Of a DNA stretch of 64,000 nucleotides, positions 49,248 to 59,963 are shown piece by piece (positions within the stretch are counted from its first letter, which is position 1; each line of letters starts with the position of its first letter). Source of the stretch: Angustibacter luteus (lineage in GTDB: Bacteria; Actinomycetota; Actinomycetes; Actinomycetales; Angustibacteraceae). The DNA lies in assembly GCF_039541115.1 (NCBI RefSeq), contig NZ_BAABFP010000002.1:1178001-1242000 (forward strand), in the 5' to 3' direction. A model generated the notes under the pieces. That model had not been told where the DNA came from. It saw nothing but the letters and a program-made list of their open reading frames with translations, and ran no database searches. The position numbers and the translations under genes are program-made.

Positions 49248-49445
49248 ATGGGTCGCGGCCGCGCCAAGGCCAAGCAGACCAAGGTCGCCCGGGAGCTGAA
49301 GTACTACAGCCCCGACACGGACCTGACTGCCCTCCAGCGTGAGCTCCACGCTGACACGCCGTTGTACTCGAAGCCGGAGCGCCTCGCGCCCTCCGACGAC
49401 GAGGACGAGGGCGACTACCAGCAGTGGGCGTCCGGCGAGCGCTGA
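49248..49445 (+). CDS. DUF3073 family protein
   Basis: MGRGRAKAKQTKVARELKY, convergent with purM. Confidence 0.93.
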   Translation: MGRGRAKAKQTKVARELKYYSPDTDLTALQRELHADTPLYSKPERLAPSDDEDEGDYQQWASGER

Positions 49446-49474
49446 CGCGCTCGTCCTGCCACACCGTCTCGTGC

Positions 49475-49507
49475 ACACGGGGTTCTGGCCCGTCCAGAAC
49501 CCCGTGT
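49475..49507. terminator. Hairpin between convergent DUF3073 and purM
   Basis: ACACGGGGTTCTGG / CCAGAACCCCGTGT perfect 14-bp stem. Confidence 0.7.
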
Positions 49508-49542
49508 TCGCGTGATCGAGCCCGCCGTCGGAGCCGGCTCGC

Positions 49543-50685
49543 TCAGAGCGGCTGGCTGCCGACCATCCGGACGGCGCCGCCGTCCACGCCCTTGGCCCCC
49601 TGGGTCACGTCGCCGTCCGAGCGGGCCCCCGGGGCACCGACCGTGCCGAGCACCCAGGCGGGCAACCCGCGGGCCTGCAGCCGGGCCAGTGCGGCGTCCA
49701 CGCTCTGCGGCGCCACCACGGCGACCATGCCGACCCCGAGGTTGAGCGTGCGCTCGAGGTCGTCCACCGGCACCTGACCGAGCCGGCGGACCAGCCCGAA
49801 CACCGGGGCCGGCGTCCAGCTGGCGCGGTCGACGACCGCCTCCAGCCCGCGCGGCAGCACCCGGGCCAGGTTCGCGGCCAGTCCGCCGCCCGTCACGTGG
49901 CTCACGGCGTGCACGTCGACGCCGTCGTCCCGACCGCCGGCCCGGCCACCGCGCACCAGGTCGAGCACGTCCTGGGCGTAGACCCGGGTCGGCTCGAGCA
50001 GCTCCTCGCCGACGGTCCGCCCGAGCTCGTCGACGTGCCGCTCCAGGCCCCAGCCGGACACCTCGAGCACCCGGCGCACCAGCGAGTAGCCGTTGGAGTG
50101 CAGCCCGGACGACGCCATCGCGACCAGCACGTCACCGTCGCGCACCCGCTCGGGGCCGAGGACGTCGTCCGCCTCGACCACGCCGGTGACCGCACCGGCC
50201 ACGTCGTACTCGTCCGGGTCCAGCAGGCCCGGGTGCTCGGCCGTCTCGCCGCCGGCGAGCGCGCAGCCGGCGACCACGCACGCCTCGGCGATCCCGCGCA
50301 CCACGGCCGCGATCCGCTCCGGGACGACGGACCCGCAGGCGATGTAGTCGGTCATGAACAGCGGCTCGGCGCCGGCCACCACGATGTCGTCGACGACCAT
50401 GCCGACCAGGTCGAAGCCGATCGTGTCGTGGATGTCGAGGCGCTGGGCGATCTGCACCTTCGTGCCCACCCCGTCCGTGCTGGTGGCCAGCAGGGGTCGC
50501 TTGTAGGTCTTCAGGGCGCTCACGTCGAACAGCCCGGCGAAGCCGCCGATGCCGCCGACCACCTCGGGGCGCCGGGTCTTGGCGACCCACGCCTTCATCA
50601 GCTCGACGGCGCGGTCGCCGGCCTCGGTGTCGACGCCGGCACCGGCGTAGGTGACCGGCTCCGGGTCGTTCGGCCGGGTGGTCAC
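49543..50685 (-). CDS. purM: Phosphoribosylformylglycinamidine cyclo-ligase
   Basis: YAGAGVD, STDGVGTK, GGETAEHP, SSGLHSNGYSL and HVTGGG. Confidence 0.97.
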   Translation of the reverse strand: MTTRPNDPEPVTYAGAGVDTEAGDRAVELMKAWVAKTRRPEVVGGIGGFAGLFDVSALKTYKRPLLATSTDGVGTKVQIAQRLDIHDTIGFDLVGMVVDDIVVAGAEPLFMTDYIACGSVVPERIAAVVRGIAEACVVAGCALAGGETAEHPGLLDPDEYDVAGAVTGVVEADDVLGPERVRDGDVLVAMASSGLHSNGYSLVRRVLEVSGWGLERHVDELGRTVGEELLEPTRVYAQDVLDLVRGGRAGGRDDGVDVHAVSHVTGGGLAANLARVLPRGLEAVVDRASWTPAPVFGLVRRLGQVPVDDLERTLNLGVGMVAVVAPQSVDAALARLQARGLPAWVLGTVGAPGARSDGDVTQGAKGVDGGAVRMVGSQPL

Positions 50686-52241
50686 GGGCGGGCCAGGGCG
50701 TCGGTCGCCCCGCCGGACAGGCCGGTCGGGACGCCGTCCGCGTCCCGCCGAGGTCGAGCGGCGTCCACCTCGAGGCCGGGCAGGGTCTCGAGCACGTTCT
50801 TGCCGAGCTGGTCGGCGTGCGGCAGCTCGATCGGGTACTGACCGGTGAAGCAGGCCCGGCAGAGCCGGTCCTTCGGCTGGTTCGTCGCGGCGATCATGCC
50901 GTCCTCGCTGATGTAGCCGAGGCTGTCGGCGCCGATGCTGGCGCGCACCTCCTCGACCCCCAGGCCGGTCGCGATGAGCTCGGCCCGGGTCGCGAAGTCG
51001 ATGCCGTAGAAGCACGGCCAGCTGATTGGCGGCGAGGAGATCCGCACGTGCACCTCGGCGGCACCGGCCTCACGCAGCATCCGGACCTGGGCCCGCTGGG
51101 TGTTGCCGCGCACGATCGAGTCGTCGACGACGACCAGCCGCTTGCCGCGGATGACGTCGGTCAGCGGGTTCAGCTTGAGCCGGATGCCGAGCTGGCGGAT
51201 CGTCTGGCTGGGCTGGATGAACGTGCGGCCCACGTACGAGTTCTTCACGAAGCCCTGGCCGAACGGGATGCCGCTGGCCTCCGCGTAGCCGATCGCCGCC
51301 GGGGTGCCCGACTCCGGGACGCCGATCACCAGGTCGGCCACCGCGGGGTGCTCGACGGCCAGGCGGCGGCCCATCTCGACCCGCGCCTCGTGCACCACCC
51401 GGCCGCTGATCGTGGTGTCCGGGCGGGCCAGGTACACGAACTCGAAGACGCAGCCCTTGGGGTCCGGCTCGGCGAAGTGGCTGGAGCGCAGGCCGTCCGC
51501 GTCGATCACCACCAGCTCACCGGGCTCGATCTCACGGATGTAGCTGGCGCCGATCGTGGCCAGCGCCGGGGTCTCGCTGGCGACGACCCAGCCGCGCTCG
51601 AGGCGGCCGAGCACCAGGGGGCGGACGCCGTTGCGGTCCCGAGCGGCGTACAGCGTGTGCTCGTCCATGAACACGAGGGAGAACGCGCCGCGCAGCTCGG
51701 GCAGGATCTCGAGGGCGGTGGACTCCAGGCTGTGGTCCGGGTCGCCGGCCAGCAGCGCGGTGATCAGCGCGGTGTCCGTCGTGTTCCCGCGGGACAGCTC
51801 GCCCGCCGCCTGCGCCCCGTACCGCTGCTGGACGACGTCCCGCAGCTCGGCGGAGTTCGTCAGGTTTCCGTTGTGCGCGAGCGCCACCGTGCCACCGGCG
51901 GTGTTGCCCAGGGTCGGCTGGGCGTTCTCCCACACGCTCCCGCCGGTCGTGGAGTACCGCGTGTGGCCGATCGCGAGGTGGCCGGCGAGCGAGTTCAGCG
52001 CCGTCTCGTCGAAGACCTGCGAGACCAGGCCCATGTCCTTGTAGACCAGCAGGCGGTGGCCGTCGCTGGTCGCGATGCCGGCCGACTCCTGACCTCGGTG
52101 CTGCAGCGCGTACAGCCCGTAGAAGGTGAGCTTGGCGACCTCCTCGCCGGGGGCCCAGATCCCCAGGACGCCACAGGCGTCCTGCGGGGACTTCTCACCG
52201 GGGAGCAGGTCATGGGACAACAGCCCGTCGCCTCGTGCCAC
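50682..52241 (-). CDS. purF: Amidophosphoribosyltransferase
   Basis: Propeptide followed by CGV, LQHRGQESAG, HTRYST, HNGNL and VVVDDSIVRGNT. Confidence 0.97.
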   Translation of the reverse strand: MARGDGLLSHDLLPGEKSPQDACGVLGIWAPGEEVAKLTFYGLYALQHRGQESAGIATSDGHRLLVYKDMGLVSQVFDETALNSLAGHLAIGHTRYSTTGGSVWENAQPTLGNTAGGTVALAHNGNLTNSAELRDVVQQRYGAQAAGELSRGNTTDTALITALLAGDPDHSLESTALEILPELRGAFSLVFMDEHTLYAARDRNGVRPLVLGRLERGWVVASETPALATIGASYIREIEPGELVVIDADGLRSSHFAEPDPKGCVFEFVYLARPDTTISGRVVHEARVEMGRRLAVEHPAVADLVIGVPESGTPAAIGYAEASGIPFGQGFVKNSYVGRTFIQPSQTIRQLGIRLKLNPLTDVIRGKRLVVVDDSIVRGNTQRAQVRMLREAGAAEVHVRISSPPISWPCFYGIDFATRAELIATGLGVEEVRASIGADSLGYISEDGMIAATNQPKDRLCRACFTGQYPIELPHADQLGKNVLETLPGLEVDAARPRRDADGVPTGLSGGATDALARP

Positions 52242-52336
52242 TGGTCGAGTGTCGCACAGCCCGGCGCGCTCATGAACCCGGCGGGCCGGCCGATGGGCTG
52301 ACCGGGACGAACAGCGCGCGACGACGGGGGACCGGC

Positions 52337-54259
52337 ATGCACCGACGAGGTCGGCTCACGACGACTGTGGGCCTCGTCGTCGTCCTCGGTGCCGTGGCGG
52401 TGGCCTCGACGGCGACCGCCGGCGATGCGGGGGCGGCGACCCCCGTCCCCAGCGTCGCGGGCTCGGCCGCGATCGCCAACGTGGCCCGGGCGCAGGCGCA
52501 GTGCGACCTGGGGGTCACGGCGGCCCGGCCGGACGACGCCGCCCGGGCGGGGCAGATCATGGCCGGTCGGGTACCGATCGAGAAGTACGGCACGGTACTG
52601 ATCCCGCGGAACCCGACGTGGCGTCCGCAGGCCGGCCTGGACAGCTCCGGCGACGGCCACATGAACTCGCTGCACTACCTCGTCCCGCTGCTGCGTGAAG
52701 GGGTGCGGACCGGGAACCGCGCCATGGTCGACCGGTTCTACGGACTGCTGCGGGACTGGGGGACGGACAACCGGCTCACCCTGAAGAAGCGCCCGAACGG
52801 CTACGGCTGGCAGCCCATCTACACCGGCTACAGGATGCAGGTGATCGGCTGCGCGCTGGCCGGACCGCGCGGCCGCGAGCCCTGGCTGCGAAGGCTGGCC
52901 GCCGTGCACGCGAACTACGTGACGACCTACACGTCCACGCTGGCCTCCAACAACACCGGCATCCAGCTGGCCATGGGGCAGTACGTGCTCGGCTGCTCGA
53001 TGGGGCACGCGAGCTGGCGCAACGCCGCCCGGGGCCGGCTGAGTCGCCTGGTGACCCACCTGGTGTACGCCGACGGGTCCACCCGGGAGGGCGCGGTCTC
53101 GTACGCGACGTCGGACTACGCCTGGTTCCGGCTCGCGGGCCAGCGGCTGCGCCGGTGCGGCACGAGCGTGCCGAGCGGGTGGTCCCGGGTGGACGCCATC
53201 GCGCGGTTCGTCGGCAACGCGATCCGGCCCGACGGCAGCTACGAGGCGCTCGGTGACACCAGCCCGCAGCGCCCCAGCGTGTCCACGTACACCGGGACGG
53301 CGGCGGAGTGGTCCGCCCGGCTCGGCGCCGGCGGCACGCGACCCGTGTCTCCGTTCGCGATCTTCCGCAGCGGTGGCTACGCGTTCGGCCGCTCGGGCTG
53401 GGGCACGGCGACCCGCCCCTTCACCCAGCAGAGCTTCTACTCCCTGCGCTTCGGGGCCGGGCCGGGGGCCGGGATCTTCCACGCGCACGCGGACGCCGGC
53501 GCCCTGACCTTCTACGCGAACGGCAGCGAGCTGCTGCACGACACCGGGCAGTGGCGGTACCAGTACGGCGCGACGCGCACCTTCGTCACGGGACGCGACG
53601 CGCACAACGTGGTCTCGGCGTCCGGCGGGGGCTACAGCACGACCCGGGCGGCCGCCGTCACGGCCGTGCTCAGCGACGCCCACCGCGACCTCGTCACGAT
53701 CGTCGACACCGGGTACCGCAAGAACAAGATCACCCTCACCCGCACCGTGCTCTACTCCCGGAGCGGGGAGTACCTGGTCGTGTGGGACCGCGCGGTCAGC
53801 GCCCTGAAGGACGCCAAGGGCCACGTCGTGCCGCGGCAGTTCGCGCAGCACTGGCAGCTTGGTCCCGGGCAGTCCACCCTCACGTCGGCCGGCCAGGTCA
53901 GCACCAGCGGACCCGGCGCCAACACCACGCTGGTCTGGCTCGGCACGCGCCCGCGGGTGACGGTGAGCACGGGGTCGACCAGCCCCCGCCGCGGCTGGGT
54001 CTCCCCCAGCTACGGGAAGCTGACGCCGGCGCCCGCGGTGCGCGCGAGCCTCGGCCCGGCCACCGTCGCGGGCTGGGTCACGGTGGTGCTGCCGCGCCCC
54101 GCCGGCACCGCGCCGTCCGCGGTCGCGGCGAGCGCGCAGTCGCTGACGAGCTCACGGTTGGAGGTCACGGTCCGGACGGCGAGCGGGCGCTCCGAGCGCG
54201 TCGTGCTGACCCGCTCCGCCGCCAGCGTGAGCGAGGTCAGCGGCGCAGTCGCTCGATGA
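52337..54259 (+). CDS. Secreted heparinase II/III-like polysaccharide lyase family protein
   Basis: Signal peptide, SNN, DGSTREGAVSY, RPDG...LGD, FHAHADAG, LLHDTG..Y and AHNVV. Confidence 0.78.
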   Translation: MHRRGRLTTTVGLVVVLGAVAVASTATAGDAGAATPVPSVAGSAAIANVARAQAQCDLGVTAARPDDAARAGQIMAGRVPIEKYGTVLIPRNPTWRPQAGLDSSGDGHMNSLHYLVPLLREGVRTGNRAMVDRFYGLLRDWGTDNRLTLKKRPNGYGWQPIYTGYRMQVIGCALAGPRGREPWLRRLAAVHANYVTTYTSTLASNNTGIQLAMGQYVLGCSMGHASWRNAARGRLSRLVTHLVYADGSTREGAVSYATSDYAWFRLAGQRLRRCGTSVPSGWSRVDAIARFVGNAIRPDGSYEALGDTSPQRPSVSTYTGTAAEWSARLGAGGTRPVSPFAIFRSGGYAFGRSGWGTATRPFTQQSFYSLRFGAGPGAGIFHAHADAGALTFYANGSELLHDTGQWRYQYGATRTFVTGRDAHNVVSASGGGYSTTRAAAVTAVLSDAHRDLVTIVDTGYRKNKITLTRTVLYSRSGEYLVVWDRAVSALKDAKGHVVPRQFAQHWQLGPGQSTLTSAGQVSTSGPGANTTLVWLGTRPRVTVSTGSTSPRRGWVSPSYGKLTPAPAVRASLGPATVAGWVTVVLPRPAGTAPSAVAASAQSLTSSRLEVTVRTASGRSERVVLTRSAASVSEVSGAVAR

Positions 54260-54569
54260 GCACGGCGAACGCGCCACCCAGCACGCCACCGAGCAGGCCG
54301 AGCAGCAGGGCCAGGTAGCCCAGGAGCTGTCCGCGGCCGGTGTCGGCGTCGGCCGAGCCGCTGAGGGCGAGCACGACGGCGAGCAGGACGCCGATCGCCG
54401 CGCCGGTGAGCAGGAACGCGCCGTACCGCGGGGCTCGGCGCACCGGCAGGCGGCGCGGCCCGCTCTCCGGGGGCTGCGCGCTCTCCGGGGGCTGCGCGCT
54501 CTCCGGGGACGGCGCGCTCTCCGGGGACGGCGCGCTCTCGGCGGGCTGGTCGACGTGGGGCTCGCTCAC
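54237..54569 (-). CDS. Small two-TM membrane protein with N-terminal PESA repeats
   Basis: VRRAPRYGAF followed by two hydrophobic helices. TACCGT 6 nt before the GTG. Confidence 0.75.
   Translation of the reverse strand: MSEPHVDQPAESAPSPESAPSPESAQPPESAQPPESGPRRLPVRRAPRYGAFLLTGAAIGVLLAVVLALSGSADADTGRGQLLGYLALLLGLLGGVLGGAFAVLIERLRR
54461..54541. repeat. 18-bp in-frame tandem repeat (about 4.5 copies)
   Basis: CGCTCTCCGGGGGCTGCG twice and CGCTCTCCGGGGACGGCG twice, encoding PESAQP/PESAPS. Confidence 0.85.
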
Positions 54570-54587
54570 GCCCCGACGGTAACCCAG

Positions 54588-54650
54588 CGCACCATTCGCG
54601 CTTGACGTGGCTATCCGCCCCTCACCACCACGTCTAGCGCGAAGGGTGCG
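54588..54650. repeat. Dispersed palindromic element, family B, copy 2
   Basis: CGCACCATTCGCGCTTGACGTGG ... CCACGTCTAGCGCGAAGGGTGCG. Confidence 0.7.
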
Positions 54651-54702
54651 GGGTGGGCGGCGTCACGTTCAGCCGGGTGCCGACGGTGCCGATGCACAGA
54701 CC

Positions 54703-54984
54703 ATGCGCTCACTTCGCCCCGCCGCCGCCACCCTCGCCACCGTCGGCCTGCTCGTGGCCGGCACGGCCCTGCCGGCGCAGGCCGCCGTCCCGGCGAAGTG
54801 GAAGAACTGCACGGCCGTGAACAAGACGTACAAGCACGGCGTCGGCAAGGTGAAGGCGAAGGACAAGACGTCCGGCAAGCCGGTCACCACGTTCAAGCGC
54901 AGCGACAGCCTCTACCAGGCAGCCATCAAGGCGAACAAGGGCCTGGACCGCGACAAGGACGGCATCGCCTGCGAGAAGCGCTGA
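54703..54984 (+). CDS. Secreted Excalibur calcium-binding domain protein
   Basis: Signal peptide (PAQA), WKNCT and LDRDKDGIACE. Confidence 0.9.
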   Translation: MRSLRPAAATLATVGLLVAGTALPAQAAVPAKWKNCTAVNKTYKHGVGKVKAKDKTSGKPVTTFKRSDSLYQAAIKANKGLDRDKDGIACEKR

Positions 54985-55005
54985 CCCGGCTCCCGACGCG
55001 CGGCG

Positions 55006-55812
55006 CTAGATGCGACCGCCCGCAGTGGACTCGCCGGACAGTCGCTGGCTGATGTAGATCGGCACGATCGACAGGATCACCAGCGCCGCGGCGACGACGT
55101 TGACCACGGGCGCCTGGTTCGGCCGGGACAGGTTCTGGAAGATCCAGATCGGCAGGGTCGTCACGCCGGGCGGCGCGGTGAACAGGGTCACCACGATCTC
55201 GTCGAAGCTGAGGCCGAAGGCGAGCAGCCCGCCGGCGAAGAACGCCCCACGCAGGTTCGGGAAGGTGATCCGGGCGAACGTCGTGAAGGTGTCCGCGCCG
55301 AGATCCATCGAGGCTTCCTCCAGTGAGGTGCCGAGGCGCCGCAACCGGGCGATGACGTTGTTGTAGATCACCACGATGCAGAACGTCGCGTGCGCGACCA
55401 CGACCGACCAGATGGACAGCTCGACCTGCAGGATGGTGCGGAACGCCGTCCGCAGGGCCAGCGCCGTCACGATGCCGGGCAGCGCGATCGGCAGGATCAC
55501 CAGCAGCGACAGGGTCTGCCGGCCGAAGAACGAGTAGCGGCTCAGCGCGAACGCCATCATCGCGCCGAGCACCATCGCGATGCCGGTCGCGATCAGGCCG
55601 ATGCGGACCGACGTCCAGATGGCGTCCCGGACCCCGGGATTGCCCCACACGCTCGTCCACCAGTGCGTCGTGTAGCTCCTGGGCGGCCAGGCGAAGACGG
55701 TGCTGGCGTTGAACGAGTTGATGACCACCACGGCCAGCGGCACGTAGATGAAGGCCAGCCCGAGGGCCATGGCCAGCCGCAGCGCCCAGCGTCCCCGTCC
55801 CGAGAAGCTCAC
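55006..55812 (-). CDS. Polyamine ABC transporter permease (PotC-like)
   Basis: LEEASMDLGA, SFDEIVVT and TLPIWI. Confidence 0.92.
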   Translation of the reverse strand: MSFSGRGRWALRLAMALGLAFIYVPLAVVVINSFNASTVFAWPPRSYTTHWWTSVWGNPGVRDAIWTSVRIGLIATGIAMVLGAMMAFALSRYSFFGRQTLSLLVILPIALPGIVTALALRTAFRTILQVELSIWSVVVAHATFCIVVIYNNVIARLRRLGTSLEEASMDLGADTFTTFARITFPNLRGAFFAGGLLAFGLSFDEIVVTLFTAPPGVTTLPIWIFQNLSRPNQAPVVNVVAAALVILSIVPIYISQRLSGESTAGGRI

Positions 55813-55822
55813 GACCGCCCCC

Positions 55823-56731
55823 TCACAGGTTGTCCAGCGCGCCGGAACGACGGATCACGGCCAGGTAGACCAGCATGATCGCGATCGGGATGAGCGCGAT
55901 GGTCGCCGCGAACGGCAGGTTGGCCGCGTAGTTCTGGTAGACGATGTTGCCGAGCATCTGGACCTTGCCGCCGACGATCTGCGCCGTGATGTAGTCGCCC
56001 AGGCTCAGCGAGAACGTGAAGATGGTGCCCGCGATGATCGACGGGTAGACCAACGGCAGGACGACGCTGCGGAACGTCCGCCACGGACGGGCGCCCAGGT
56101 CGCCGGACGCGTCCAGCAACGAGTCCGGCAGCCGCTCGAGGCCGGCGAACACGGGCAGGATCATGTACGGCAGCCACAGGTAGGTCAGCGTCAGCACGAT
56201 GGCGACCCGGCCGAAGCCGGGGCCGTCCAGCCCGAACGGCTGCAGCATCCACGCGATGACCCCCCGCCCGGGTTGCACCATCGCCTGCCAGGCGTAGACC
56301 TTGACCAGGTACGACGCCCACAGCGGCGTGATGACCAGGGCGAGCAGCAGGCCGCGGGAACGCCGCCGGGCGACCTTGGCCATGAAGAACGCCATCGGCA
56401 ACCCGATCACGATGCACAGCACCGTGACCGACGCGGCGATCCCCACCGTCAGCAGCGTGGCGCGCAGGTAGGCGGGTTCGGTGAAGACGTCGACCAGGTT
56501 GGCCGTGGTGAACGTGCGGACGACGGCGTTGGTGAACTCGTCGACGCTGAAGAACGCGGTGGACAGCAGCGAGAACACGGCGGCGAAGTAGATGACCGCC
56601 ATCCACGCCACGGGCGGCCCGACCAGACCGGCGAGCCGGGTGCGGTCGCTGCGGAACAGGTGCGCGGACAGCCGCCGCCGCACCGACCGGTGGGCCCGGT
56701 CGGTGCGGTCGACGTCGGTGATGCTGGCCAC
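55823..56731 (-). CDS. Polyamine ABC transporter permease (PotB-like)
   Basis: PLWASYLVKVYAW, LPYMILP and LLDASGDLGA. Confidence 0.92.
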   Translation of the reverse strand: MASITDVDRTDRAHRSVRRRLSAHLFRSDRTRLAGLVGPPVAWMAVIYFAAVFSLLSTAFFSVDEFTNAVVRTFTTANLVDVFTEPAYLRATLLTVGIAASVTVLCIVIGLPMAFFMAKVARRRSRGLLLALVITPLWASYLVKVYAWQAMVQPGRGVIAWMLQPFGLDGPGFGRVAIVLTLTYLWLPYMILPVFAGLERLPDSLLDASGDLGARPWRTFRSVVLPLVYPSIIAGTIFTFSLSLGDYITAQIVGGKVQMLGNIVYQNYAANLPFAATIALIPIAIMLVYLAVIRRSGALDNL

Positions 56732-56778
56732 GCTTCCTCACTTCGTGCGGGTGGTTCGGTGGTGACGCCGGCGAGCCG

Positions 56779-57981
56779 TCAGCTGCGCAGGGTGCTCCAG
56801 GCCTTCGTCCACTCCGAGTAGGGGATGCACTTGGTGTCGGACCGCCCGTCCAGGCAGTCGGACTGCGGCGTCGCCCAGAACCAGATCTTCTTGAAGTACG
56901 GCTCGTCGTCCGCGTGGAACACCTTGCAGTGCCCGGCGTCCGCGGTCTCGGTGCACGCCTTCAGGTTGGCCGGCGCCTCACCGAACCACTCGGCCACCTG
57001 GGCCTGCACCGACGGGGTGGTGATGTGGTTCATCCACAGGTACGAGCAGTTCGGGTGCGGGGACTTGGCGTCGACCATCCAGGTGTCGGCCCAGCCCGTC
57101 GAGCCCTCCTTGGGCAGCGTCGCGTCGACCTTGGCCTTGTCGGCCTGGGCGAGGTTGACGATGATCTGCCACGAGGTGCCCAGCACGTACGTCCCGTTGG
57201 TGAACGCCTTCTGCGCATCGGTGTACGACGCCCAGTAGCCGGCCAGGATCGACTTCTGCTGGGTGGCCAGCTCGACGGCCGCGTCGAACTGCTTCTTGTC
57301 CAGCGCGTACGGGTTCTTGATGCCCAGCTCGGGCTTGGTGGCCATCAGGTACAGCGCCGCGTCCGCCAGGTAGGTCGGCGAGTCGTAGGCGCCGATCTTG
57401 CCCTTGTACGGCGAGTTCTGGTCCCAGACGACGCTCCACGAGTCGGGCGCCGGGGTCACCTTGTCGGTCCGCCAGGACAGCAGGTTGGCGCCCCAGCCGT
57501 GCGGGATGCCGTAGTCGACGCCGTCCACCGAGTTCCACTGCTGGCCCTTCTGGAACGGCGCGATGTCGGCCCAGTTGGTGAGCAGGGAGGTGTTGACCGG
57601 CGCGACCTTGCCCGCGTAGATCATCCGCAGCGAGGAGTCGCCCGAGGCCGAGACGACGTCGAAGTCGCCGGTGCCCATCTTCTCGAACATCTCGTCCGAG
57701 GTGTTGGCGACCTGCACGTTGGCCTTGCAGCCCGTCGCCTTCTCGAACGGCGTCACCCAGTCGACGCTCGGGTCGGTCGTGCCGTTCTCCGCGTACCCGG
57801 CCCAGGCCAGGATGTTGATCGCACCCTCACCGGCGCCCAGGGTCTGCAGGGCCTTCAGGCTCGGCGGCTTCGCCCGCGTCCCGCCGCTGCTGCTGCTGTC
57901 GCTGTCGCTGCCGCACCCGGCCACCGCGAGAGCGAGGACTGCCGCCACCGCCACGCCGGCCGTGAGTCGCTTCGTCGCCAT
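56779..57981 (-). CDS. Polyamine/GABA-type ABC substrate-binding lipoprotein (PotD/YdcS-like)
   Basis: Lipobox VAGC, LAWAGY, FEKATGC, PHGWGAN and PKEGSTGWADTW. Confidence 0.9.
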   Translation of the reverse strand: MATKRLTAGVAVAAVLALAVAGCGSDSDSSSSGGTRAKPPSLKALQTLGAGEGAINILAWAGYAENGTTDPSVDWVTPFEKATGCKANVQVANTSDEMFEKMGTGDFDVVSASGDSSLRMIYAGKVAPVNTSLLTNWADIAPFQKGQQWNSVDGVDYGIPHGWGANLLSWRTDKVTPAPDSWSVVWDQNSPYKGKIGAYDSPTYLADAALYLMATKPELGIKNPYALDKKQFDAAVELATQQKSILAGYWASYTDAQKAFTNGTYVLGTSWQIIVNLAQADKAKVDATLPKEGSTGWADTWMVDAKSPHPNCSYLWMNHITTPSVQAQVAEWFGEAPANLKACTETADAGHCKVFHADDEPYFKKIWFWATPQSDCLDGRSDTKCIPYSEWTKAWSTLRS

Positions 57982-58017
57982 CTGCTTGCTCCTTCTCAGT
58001 TCGTGCATCACGTGCGA

Positions 58018-59076
<1,059 letters not shown>

Positions 59077-59084
59077 GGGCGAGA

Positions 59085-59102
59085 ACCTATGACTTCATAG
59101 GT
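59085..59102. promoter_or_regulatory. Perfect palindromic operator, likely bound by the divergent GntR/FadR regulator
   Basis: ACCTATGA-CT-TCATAGGT, overlapping the TAGGTT -10 of the ABC ATPase gene. Confidence 0.65.
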
Positions 59103-59175
59103 CAACGCGCAAGGGGTCCCGGGAACTCGACTCCGACCGGGACCGTTTCGTGACCGAACCCAGGCAGGAGGCGAC

Positions 59176-59949
59176 GTGACCGCGACCGGCAGCACGCCGT
59201 CCACTTCCTCACGCATGTCCCCCCGCGCCCTGGCCGGCGTCTTCTCCCCGCTCGAGCCGAGCGGACGCGCCGAGGCGGTCACCCGGCGCCTGTCCGATGC
59301 CATCGCGCTCGGCCTGTTGCCCGACACCCAGCAGCTGCCCAGTGAGACCGACCTCGCCGACCGGCTCGGCGTCTCCACCGTCACCGTTCGCGAGGCGCTC
59401 ACCGCGCTGCGCGAGCAGGGGCTGGTGCGCACCCGGCGCGGGCGGGGCGGAGGCTCCTTCGTCTGCGCCCCGGACGACGCCGCCACCTCCGTACTGCGGG
59501 CCCGGCTGCGCGGCTTTGGGCTGGGCGAGCTGCGCGACCTCGCCGACCACTACGCCGCGATCAGCGGGGCGTGCGCCAGGCTCGCCGCGGACCGCGCGGA
59601 CGAGCAGGACCTGGCCCGGCTCGAGGCGGCCACCGAGCGACTGGCCGGCGCGGCGGACGCCGGGGCGCGGCGACGGGCCGAGGGCCAGTACCACCTCGAG
59701 CTCGCGGCCGGCGCGCAGTCCCCGCGACTGACCCGCGAGGAGATCGCCCTGCAGAGCGCGGTGGGTCCGGTGCTCTGGCTGCCCTACTCGCAGGACGCGA
59801 CGATGCATGCCGCCTGCGAGGTGCACCGGCGCCTGCACCAGGCCGTCGCGGCGGGCGACGGGGCCGCAGCAAGGGCCGCCGCCGAGGACCACGTCGCACA
59901 GATGTTCACCGCGGTTCGCGATCTTCACCGCGAGGTCAGCCGCGGGTGA
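59176..59949 (+). CDS. GntR/FadR family transcriptional regulator
   Basis: LPSETDLADRLGVSTVTVREAL..GRGGGSFV and an FCD-like C-terminus. Confidence 0.93.
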   Translation: MTATGSTPSTSSRMSPRALAGVFSPLEPSGRAEAVTRRLSDAIALGLLPDTQQLPSETDLADRLGVSTVTVREALTALREQGLVRTRRGRGGGSFVCAPDDAATSVLRARLRGFGLGELRDLADHYAAISGACARLAADRADEQDLARLEAATERLAGAADAGARRRAEGQYHLELAAGAQSPRLTREEIALQSAVGPVLWLPYSQDATMHAACEVHRRLHQAVAAGDGAAARAAAEDHVAQMFTAVRDLHREVSRG

Positions 59950-59963
59950 CGCATCATGGACTC

